DNA of 64,000 bases from Eledone cirrhosa (Eukaryota), in NCBI GenBank assembly GCA_964016885.1, contig OZ024744.1, forward strand, positions 15,748,001 through 15,812,000, given 5' to 3'. The position numbers were made by a program, and so were the translations under genes. Positions 53,870 through 64,000 of this stretch are shown here, one piece after another. The stretch's first letter is position 1; every line of letters starts with the position of its first letter. The notes below the pieces were generated by a model. That model ran no database searches, was not told the origin of the DNA, and saw nothing but the letters and a program-made list of their open reading frames with translations.

Positions 53870-56800
53870 TAACTTACTCTACTGTGTCTCCCGTGAATTC
53901 GTCCCCACAATAGTAACTTGTGTATAACTTACTCTACTGTGTCTCCCGTGAGTTGGTCCCCACAATAGTAACTCGTGTATAACTTGCTCTACTGTATCTC
54001 CTGTGTGTTGGTTCCCACAATAGTAACTTGTGTATAACTTCCTCTAATGTATCTCCTGTGTGTTGGTTCCCACAATAGTAAATTGTGTATAACTTCCTCT
54101 ACTGTGTCTCCCGTGAGTTGGTTCCCACAATAGTAACTTGTGTATAACTTGCTCTACTGTGTGTCCCGTGAGTTGGTTCCCACAATAGTAACTTGTGTAT
54201 AACTTCCTCTACTGTGTCTCCCGTGAGTTGGTCCCCACAATAGTAACTTGTGTATAACTTCCTCTACTGTATCTCCTGTGAATTGGTTCCCATAATAGTA
54301 ACTTGTGTATAACTTCCTCTACTGTGTCTCCCGTGAGTTGCTCCCCACAATAGTAACTTGTATATAACTTCCTCTACTGTGCCTCCTGTGTGTTGGTTCC
54401 CACAATAGTAACTTGTGTATAACTTCCTCTACTGTGTCTCCTGTGTGTTGGTTCCCACAATAGTAACCTGTGTATAACTTCCTCTACTGTATCTCCTGTG
54501 TGTTGGTTCCTACAATAGTAACTTGTGTATAACTTCCTCTACTGTATCTCCTGTGTGTTGGTTCCCACAATAGTAAATTGTGTATAACTTCCTCTACTGT
54601 ATCTCCTGTGTGTTGGTTCCTACAATAGTAACTTGTGTATAACTTCCTCTACTGTGTCTCCTGTGTGTTGATTCCCACAATAGTAACTTGTGTATAACTT
54701 CCTCTACTGTGTCTCCCGTTAGTTGGTCCCCACAATAATATCTTGTGTATAACTTCCTCTACTGTGTCTCCTGTGTGTTGGTTCCCACAATAGTAACTTG
54801 TGTATAACTTACTCTACTGTGTCTCCCGGGAGTTGGTTCCCACAATAGTAACCTGTGTATAACTTCCTCTACTGTATCTCCTGTGTGTTGGTTCCCACAA
54901 TAATAACATGTGTATAACTTCCTCTACTGTGTCTCCCGTGAGTTGGTTCCCAGAATAGTAACTTGTGTATAACTTCCTCTACTGAGTCTCCCGTGAGTTG
55001 GTCCCCACAATAGTAACTTGTGCATACCTTCCTCTACTGTATCTCCTGTGTGTTGGTTCCCACAATAGTAACTTGTGTATAACTTCCTCTACTGTGTCTC
55101 CTGTGTGTTGGTTCCCACAATAGTAACTTGTGTATAACTCCCTCTACTGTATCTCCTGTGTGTTGGTTCCCACAATAATAACATGTGTATAACTTCCTCT
55201 ACTGTGTCTCCCGTGAGTTGGTTCCCACAATAGTAACTTGTGTATAACTTCCTCTACTGTGTGTCCCGTGAATTGGTTCCCATAATAGTAACTTGTGTAT
55301 AACTTCCTCTACTGTGTCTCCCGTGAGTTGGTTCCCACAATAGTAACTTGTGTATAACTTCCTCTACTGTGTGTCCCGTGAGTTGGTTCCCACAATAGTA
55401 ACTTGTGTATAACTTCCTCTACTGTGTCTCCTGTGTGTTGGTTCCCACAATAGTAACTTGTGTATAACTTCCTCTACTGTGTCTCCCGTGAGTTGGTCCC
55501 CACAATAGTAACTTGTGTATAACTTCCTCTACTGTGTCTCCTCTGTGTTGGTTCCCACAATAGTAACTTGTGTATAACTTCCTCTACTGTATCTCCCGTG
55601 AGTTGGTCCCCACAATAGTAACTCGTGTATAACTTCCTCTACTGTATCTCCTGTGTGTTGGTTCCCACAATAGTAACTTGTGTATAACTTCCTCTACTGT
55701 ATCTCCTGTGTGTTGGTTCCCACAATAGTAAATTGTGTATAACTTCCTCTACTGTGTCTCCCGTGAGTTGGTTCCCACAATAGTAACTTGTGTATAACTT
55801 CCTCTACTGTATCTCCTGTGTGTTGGTTCCCACAATAGTAAATTGTGTATAACTTCCTCTACTGTATCTCCTGTGTGTTGGTTCCCACAATAATAACTTG
55901 TGTATAACTTCCTCTACTGTGTCTCCCGTGAGTTGGTTCCCACAATAGTAACTTGTGTATAACTTCCTCTACTGTGTCTCCTGTGTGTTGGTTCCCACAA
56001 TAGTAACTTGTGTATAACTTCCTCTACTGTGTCTCCTGTATGTTGGTTCCCACAATAGTAACTTGTGTATAACTTACTCTACTGTGTCTCCTGTGTGTTG
56101 GTTCCCACAATAGTAACTTGTGTATAACTTCCTCTACTGTCTCTCGTGAGTTGGTTCCCACAATGGTAACTTGTGTATAACTTCCTCTACTGTGTCCCCC
56201 GTGAGTTGGTCCCCACAATAGTAACTTGTGCATAACTTACTCTACTGTATCTCCTGTGTGTTGGTTCCCACAGTGTATAACTTCCTCTACTGTATCTCCT
56301 GTGTGTTGGTTCCCACAATAGTTACTTGTGTATAACTTACTCTACTGTGTGTCCCGTGAGTTGGTCCCCACAATAGTAACTTGTGTATAACTTACTCTAC
56401 TGTGTCTCCCGTGAGTTGGTCACCACAATAGTAACTTGTGTATAACTTCCTCTACTGTATCTCCTGTGTGTTGGTTCCCACAATAGTAACTTGTGTATAA
56501 CTTCCTCTACTGTATCTCCTGTGTGTTGGTTCCCACAATAGTAACTTGTGTTTAACTTCCTCTACTGTTTCTCCCGTGAGTTGGTTCCCACAATAGTAAC
56601 TTGTGTATAACTACCCATACTCTGTATCTCGTGAGTTGGTTCCCACAATAGTAACTTGTGTATAACTTCCTCTACTGTGTCTCACGTGAGTTGGTCCCCA
56701 CAATAGTAACTTGTGCATAACTTCCTCTACTGTATCTCCTGTGTGTTGGTTCCCACAATAGTAACTTGTGTATTACTTGCTCTACTGTATCTCCTGTGTG

Positions 56801-59800
56801 TTGGTTCCCACAATAGTAACTTGTGTATAACTTCCTCTACTGTATCTCCTGTGTTTTGGTTCCCACAATAATAACATGTGTATAACTTCCTCTACTGTGT
56901 CTCCCGTGAGTTGGTTCCCAGAATAGTAACTTGTGTATAACTTCCTCTACTGAGTCTCCCGTGAGTTGGTCCCCACAATAGTAACTTGTGCATACCTTCC
57001 TCTACTGTATCTCCTGTGTGTTGGTTCCCACAATAGTAACTTGTGTATAACTTCCTCTACTGTGTCTCCTGTGTGTTGGTTCCCACAATAGTAACTTGTG
57101 TATAACTTCCTCTACTGTATCTCCTGTGTGTTGGTTCCCACAATAATAACATGTGTATAACTTCCTCTACTGTGTCTCCCGGGAGTTGGTTCACACAAAA
57201 GTAACTTGTCTATAACTTCCTCTACTGTGTCGCCCGTGAGTTGGTCCCCACAATAGTAACTTGTGCATAACTTGCTCTACTGTATCTCCTGTGTGTTGGT
57301 TCCCACAATAGTAACTTGTGTATAACTTCCTCTACTGTATCTGCTGTGTGTTGGTTCCCACAATAGTAACTTGTGTATAACTTCCTCTGTGTCTCCCGTG
57401 AGTTGGTTCCCACAATAGTAACTTGTGTATAACTTACTCTACTGTGTCTCCCGTGAGTTGGTTCCCACAATAGTAACTTGTGTATAACTTCCTCTACTGT
57501 ATCTCCTGTGTGTTGGTTCCCACAATAGTAAGTTGTGTATAACTTCCTCTACTGTGTCTCCTGTGTGTCGGTTCCCACAATAGTAACTTGTGTATAACTT
57601 CCTCTACTGTATCTCCTGTAGGTTGGTTCCCACAATAGTAACTTGTGTATAACTTCCTCTACTGTGTCTCCTGTGTGTCGGTTCCCAAAATAGTAACTTG
57701 TGTATAACTTCCTCTACTGTGTCTCCTGTGTGTTGATTCCCACAATAGTAACTTGTGTATAACTTCCTCTACTGTGTCTCCCGTTAGTTGGTCCCCACAA
57801 TAATATCTTGTGTATAACTTACTCTACTGTGGCTCCTGTGTGTTGGTTCCCACAATAGTAACTTGTGTATAACTTCCACTACTGTGTCTCCTGTGTGTTG
57901 GTTCCCAAAATAGTAACTTGTGTATAACTTCCTCTACTGTGTCTTCCGTGAGTTGGTTCCCACAATAGTAACTTGTGTATAACTTGCTCTACTGTATCTC
58001 ATGTGTGTTGGTTCCCACAATAGTAACTTGTGTATAACTTCCTCTACTCTGTCTCCCGTGAGTTGGTTCCCACAATAGTAACTTGTGTATAACTTCCTCT
58101 ACTGTATCTCCTATGTGTTGGTTCCCACGATAGTAACTTGTGTATAACTTCCTCTACTGTGTCTCCTGTGTGTTGGTTCCCACAACGGTAACTTGTATAT
58201 AACTTCCTCTACTGTGTCTCCTATGTGTTGGTTCCCACAATAGTAACTTGTGTATAACTTCCTCTACTGTATCTCCTGTGTGTTGGTACCCACAATAGTA
58301 ACTTGTGTATAACTTCCTCTACTGTATCTCCTGTGTGTTGGTTCCCACAATAGTAACTTGTGTATAACTTCCTCTACTGTGTCTCCCGTGAGTTGGTTCC
58401 CACAATAGTAACTTGTGTTTAACTTCCTCTACTGTGTCTCCCGTGAGTTGGTCCCCACAATAGTAACTTGTGCATAACTTCCTCTACTGTATCTCCTGTG
58501 TGTTGGTTCCCACAATAGTAACTTGTGTATAACTTCCTCTACTGTGTCTCCTGTGTGTTGGTTGCCACAATAGTAACTTGTGTATAACTTCCTCTACTGT
58601 GTCTCCCGTGAGTTGGTTCCCACAATATTAACTTGTGTATAACTTACTCTACTGTGTCTCCCGTGAGTTGGTTCCCACAATAGTAACTTGTGTAAAACAT
58701 ACTCTACTGTGTCTACCGTGAGTTGTTTCCCACAATAGTAACTTGTGTATAACTTCCTCTACTGTGTCTCCCGTGAATTCGTCCCCACAATAGTAACTTG
58801 TGTATAACTTACTCTACTGTGTCTCCCGTGAGTTGGTCCCCACAATAGTAACTCGTGTATAACTTCCTCTACTGTATCTCCTGTGTGTTGGTTCCCACAA
58901 TAGTAACTTGTGTATAACTTCCTCTAATGTATCTCCTGTGTGTTGGTTCCCACAATAGTAAATTGTGTATAACTTCCTCTACTGTGTCTCCCGTGAGTTG
59001 GTTCCCACAATAGTAACTTGTGTATAACTTCCTCTACTGTGTGTCCCGTGAGTTGGTTCCCACAATAGTAACTTGTGTATAACTTCCTCTACTGTGTCTC
59101 CCGTGAGTTGGTCCCCACAATAGTAACTTGTGTATAACTTCCTCTACTGTATCTCCTGTGAATTGGTTCCCATAATAGTAACTTGTGTATAACTTCCTCT
59201 ACTGTGTCTCCCGTGAGTTGGTCCCCACAATAGTAACTTGTATATAACTTCCTCTACTGTGCCTCCTGTGTGTTGGTTCCCACAATAGTAACTTGTGTAT
59301 AACTTCCTCTACTGTGTCTCCTGTGTGTTGGTTCCCACAATAGTAACCTGTGTATAACTTCCTCTACTGTATCTCCTGTGTGTTGGTTCCTACAATAGTA
59401 ACTTGTGTATAACTTCCTCTACTGTATCTCCTGTGTGTTGGTTCCCACAATAGTAAATTGTGTATAACTTCCTCTACTGTATCTCCTGTGTGTTGGTTCC
59501 TACAATAGTAACTTGTCTATAACTTCCTCTACTGTGCCTCCTGTGTGTTGATTCCCACAATAGTAACTTGTGTATAACTTCCTCTACTGTGTCTCCCGTT
59601 AGTTGGTCCCCACAATAATATCTTGTGTATAACTTCCTCTAATGTGTCTCCTGTGTGTTGGTTCCCACAATAGTAACTTGTGTATAACTTCCTCTACTGT
59701 GTCTCCCGTGAGTTGGTTCCCACAATAGTAACCTGTGTATAACTTCATCTACTGTATCTCCTGTGTGTTGGTTCCCACAATAATAACATGTGTATAACTT

Positions 59801-61550
59801 CCTCTACTGTGTCTCCCGTGAGTTGGTTCCCAGAATAGTAACTTGTGTATAACTTCCTCTACTGAGTCTCCCGTGCGTTGGTCCCCACAATAGTAACTTG
59901 TGCATACCTTCCTCTACTATATCTCCTGTGTGTTGGTTCCCACAATAGTAACTTGTGTATAACTTCCTCTACTGTGTCTCCTGTGTGTTGGTTCCCACAA
60001 TAGTAACTTGTGTATAACTTCCTCTACTGTATCTCCTGTGTGTTGGTTCCCACAATAATAACATGTGTATAACATACTCTACTGTGTCTCCCGTGAGTTG
60101 GTTCCCACAATAGTAACTTGTGTATAACTTCCTCTACTGTGTGTCCCGTGAATTGGTTCCCATAATAGTAACTTGTGTATAACTTCCTCTACTGTGTCTC
60201 CCGTGAGTTGGTTCCCACAATAGTAACTTGTGTATAACTTCCTCTACTGTGTGTCCCGTGAGTTGGTTCCCACAATAGTAACTTGTGTATAACTTTCTCT
60301 ACTGTGTCTCCTGTGTGTTGGTTCCCACAATAGTAACTTGTGTATAACTTCCTCTACTGTGTCTCCCGTGAGTTGGTCCCCACAATAGTAACTTGTGTAT
60401 AACTTCCTCTACTGTGTCTCCTCTGTGTTGGTTCCCACAATAGTAACTTGTGTATAACTTCCTCTACTGTATCTCCCGTGAGTTGGTCCCCACAATAGTA
60501 ACTCGTGTATAACTTCCTCTACTGTATCTCCTGTGTGTTGGTTCCCACAATAGTAACTTGTGTATAACTTCCTCTAATGTATCTCCTGTGTGTTGGTTCC
60601 CACAATAGTAAATTGTGTATAACTTCCTCTACTGTGTCTCCCGTGAGTTGGTTCCCACAATAGTAACTTGTGTATAACTTCCTCTACTGTATCTCCTGTG
60701 TGTTGGTTCCCACAATAGTAAATTGTGTATAACTTCCTCTACTGTATCTCCTGTGTGTTGGTTCCCACAATAATAACTTGTGTATAACTTCCTCTACTGT
60801 GTCTCCCGTGAGTTGGTTCCCACAATAGTAACTTGTGTGTAACTTCCTGTACTGTGTCTCCTGTGTGTTGGTTCCCACAATAGTAACTTGTGTATAACTT
60901 CCTCTACTGTGTCTCCTGTATGTTGGTTCCCACAATAGTAACTTGTGTATAACTTCCTCTACTGTGTCTCCTGTGTGTTGGTTCCCACAATAGTAACTTG
61001 TGTATAACTTCCTCTACTGTCTCTCGTGAGTTGGTTCCCACAATGGTAACTTGTGTGTAACTTCCTCTACTGTGTCCCCCGTGAGTTGGTCCCCACAATA
61101 GTAACTTGTGCATAACTTACTCTACTGTATCTCCTGTGTGTTGGTTCCCACAGTGTATAACTTCCTCTACTGTATCTCCTGTGTGTTGGTTCCCACAATA
61201 GTTACTTGTGTATAACTTACTCTACTGTGTGTCCCGTGAGTTGGTCCCCACAATAGTAACTTGTGTATAACTTACTCTACTGTGTCTCCCGTGAGTTGGT
61301 CACCACAATAGTAACTTGTGTATAACTTCCTCTACTGTATCTCCTGTGTGTTGGTTCCCACAATAGTAACTTGTGTATAACTTCCTCTACTGTATCTCCT
61401 GTGTGTTGGTTCCCACAATAGTAACTTGTGTTTAACTTCCTCTACTGTTTCTCCCGTGAGTTGGTTCCCACAATAGTAACTTGTGTATAACTACCCATAC
61501 TCTGTATCTCGTGAGTTGGTTCCCACAATAGTAACTTGTGTATAACTTCC
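53870..61550 (+). repeat. About 2.8-kb block repeated at 4880-bp offset (53870-56670 and 58750-61550)
   Basis: GAATTC at 53895 and 58775; 10-bp deletion junctions at 56273 and 61153. 4880 = 89x55 - 15. Confidence 0.88.
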
Positions 61551-64000
61551 TCTACTGTATCTCCTATGTGTTGGTTCCCACGATAGTAACTTGTGTATAA
61601 CTTCCTCTACTGTATCTCCTGTGTGTTGGTTCCCACAATAGTAACTTGTGTATAACTTCCTCTACTGTGTCTCCCGTGAGTTGGTTCCCACAATAGTAAC
61701 TTGTGTTTAACTTCCTCTACTGTGTCTCCCGTGAGTTGGTCCCCACAATAGTAACTTGTTCATAACTACCTCTACTGTATCTCCTGTGTGTTGGTTCCCA
61801 CAATAGTAACTTGTGTATAACTTCCTCTACTGTGTCTCCTGTGTGTTGGTTGCCACAATAGTAACTTGTGTATAACTTCCTCTACTGTGTCTCCCGTGAG
61901 TTGGTTCCCACAATATTAATTTGTGTATAACTTACTCTACTGTGTCTCCCGTGAGTTGGTTCCCACAATAGTAACTTGTGTAAAACATACTCTACTGTGT
62001 CTACCGTGAGTTGTTTCCCACAATAGTAACTTGTGTATAACTTCCTCTACTGTGTCTCCTGTGTGTTGCTTCCCACAATAGTAACTTGTGTATAACTTCC
62101 TCTACTGTGTCTCCCGTGAGTTGGTTCCAACAATTATAACTTGTGTATAACTTCCTCTACTGTGTCTCCTGTGTGTTGGTTCCCACAATAGTAACTTGTG
62201 TATAACTTCCTCTACTGTATCTCCTATGTGTTGGTTCCCACGATAGTAACTTGTGTATAACTTCCTCTACTGTGTCTCTTGTGTGTTGGTTCCCACAATG
62301 GTAACTTGTGTATAACTTCCTATACTGTGTCTCCTGTGTGTCGGTTCCCACAATAGTAACTTCTGTATAAATTCCTCTACTGTATCTCCTGTAGGTTGGT
62401 TCCCACAATAGTAACTTGTGTATACCTTACTCTACTGTATCTTCTGTGTGTTGGTTCCCTCAATAGTAAGTTGTGCATAACTTCCTCTACTGTATCTCCT
62501 GTGTGTTGGTTCCCACAATAGTAACTTGTGTATAACTTCCTCTACTGTGCCTCCTGTGTGTTGGTTCCCACAATAGTAACTTGTGTATAACTTCCTCTAC
62601 TGTGTCTCCTGTGTGTTGTTTCCCACAATAGTAACTTGTGTATAACTTCCTCTACTGTATCTCCTGTGTGTTGGTTCCCACAATAGTAACTTGTGTATAA
62701 CTTACTCTACTGTGTCTCCTGTGTGTTGGTTCCCACAATAGTAACCTGTGTATAACTTCCTCTACTGTATCTCCTGTGTGTTGGTTCCTACAATAGTAAC
62801 TTGTGTATAACTTCCTCTACTGTATCTCCTGTGTGTTGGTTCCCACAATAGTAAATTGTGTATAACTTCCTCTACTGTATCTCCTGTGTGTTGGTTCCCA
62901 CAATAGTAGCTTGTGTATAACTTGCTCTACTGTATCTCCTGTGAGTTGGTTCCCACAATAGTAAATTGTGTATAACTTCCTCTACTGTAATCCTGTGTGT
63001 TGGTTCCCACAATAATAACATGTGTATAACTTCCTCTACTGTGTCTCCCGTGAGTTGGTTCCCACAATAGTAACTTGTGTATAACTTCCTCTACTGTGTC
63101 TCCTGTGTGTTGGTTCCCACAATAGTAACTTGTGTATAACTTCCTCTACTGTATCTCCTGTGTGTTGGTTCCCACAATAGTAAATTGTGTATAACTTCCT
63201 CTACTGTATCTCCTGTGTGTTGGTTCCCACAATAGTAACTTGTGTATAACTTCCTCTACTCTGTCTCCCGTGAGTTGGTTCCTACAATAGTAACTTGTGT
63301 ATAACTTCCTCTACTGTGTCTCCCGGGAGTTGGTCCCCACAATAGTAACTTGTGCATAACTTCCTCTACTGTATCTCCTGTTTGTTGGTTCCCACAATAG
63401 TAACTTGTGTATTACTTGCTCTACTGTATCTCCTGTGTGTTGGTTACCACAATAGTAACTTGTGTATAACTTCCTCTACTGTATCTCCTGTGTGTTGGTT
63501 CCCACAATAATAACATGTGTATAACTTCCTCTACTGTGTCTCCCGTGAGTTGGTTCCCAGAATAGCAACTTGTGTATAACTTCCTCTACTGAGTCTCCCG
63601 TGAGTTGGTCCCCACAATAGTAACTTGTGCATACCTTCCTCTACTGTATCTCCTGTGTGTTGGTTCCCACAATAGTAACTTGTGTATAACTTCCTCTACT
63701 GTGTCTCCCGGGAGTTGGTTCACACAAAAGTAACTTGTCTATAACTTCCTCTACTGTGTCGCCCGTGAGTTGGTCCCCACAATAGTAACTTGTGCATAAC
63801 TTGCTCTACTGTATCTCCTGTGTGTTGGTTCCCACAATAGTAACTTGTGTATAACTTCCTCTGTGTCTCCCGTGAGTTGGTTCCCACAATAGTAACTTGT
63901 GTATAACTTACTCTACTGTGTCTCCCGTGAGTTGGTTCCCACAATAGTAACTTGTGTATAACTTCCTCTACTGTGTCTCCCGTGAGTTGGTTCCCACAAT

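Larger units (their letters stand above)
1..64000 (+). repeat. 55-bp tandem satellite array, about 1,160 head-to-tail monomers, continuing past both window edges
   Basis: The unit TACTGTATCTCCTGTGTGTTGGTTCCCACAATAGTAACTTGTGTATAACTTCCTC (55 nt) recurs continuously, e.g. starts at 1, 56, 111, 166. Most monomers differ from consensus by only a few substitutions. No non-repeat sequence was seen. Confidence 0.99.

Noticed and set aside
605-63944. The minus-strand ORFs of 64-143 aa as protein-coding genes
   Set aside because: They are translations of the 55-bp unit cycling through three frames and exceed about 55 codons only where a variant removes or bypasses the single stop. Many start at non-ATG codons, and I recognise no domain.
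1-64000. CRISPR array (conserved part plus variable part)
   Set aside because: The variable half is only a few-SNP variant of one sequence rather than unique spacers, and there are no cas genes or leader.
1-64000. TATAAC as a -10 or TATA promoter element
   Set aside because: It is a short AT-rich match repeated in every monomer, with no downstream gene or other support.
1-64000. Tandem tRNA, 5S, snRNA or spliced-leader genes, or telomeric repeat
   Set aside because: The unit shows no cloverleaf, recognisable Pol III boxes or known RNA sequence, and no G-rich telomere motif.
1-64000. Pure assembly or sequencing artefact, or synthetic concatemer
   Set aside because: Hierarchically shared variants plus private substitutions between duplicated blocks fit natural evolution. 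Individual block copy numbers still need read support.
1-64000. Embedded unique insert, transposon or inversion
   Set aside because: Reading through, monomer phase and orientation are kept throughout, and block offsets are fully explained by the 1-, 2-, 3- and 10-bp deletions.

Overview
The whole 64-kb window is one uninterrupted, head-to-tail satellite array of a 55-bp monomer (about 1,160 copies, all in the same orientation). Consensus: TACTGT[A/G]TCTCC[T/C]GTG[T/A]GTTGGT[T/C]CCCACAATAGTAACTTGTGTATAACTTCCTC, about 40% GC with T:A near 2:1 on the + strand. I saw no unique sequence, genes, transposon insertions, inversions or array edges, and I do not recognise the satellite family or organism (the organisation is typical of eukaryotic satellite DNA). 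The listed ORFs are translations of the repeat. The real structure lies in the variants: two linked monomer classes (CCTGTGTG vs CCCGTGAG), four recurrent deletions (1, 2, 3, 10 bp), ordered cassettes of variant monomers, and nested duplications whose offsets equal n x 55 minus the enclosed deletions (1264, 1317, 1919, 2251, 2307, 4880, 6910 bp). There are also long-range matches at about 13, 15 and 49-51 kb and a central sub-domain with its own variant set. I found no support for a new protein-coding or defence system. All alignments were done by eye, so block boundaries are approximate.
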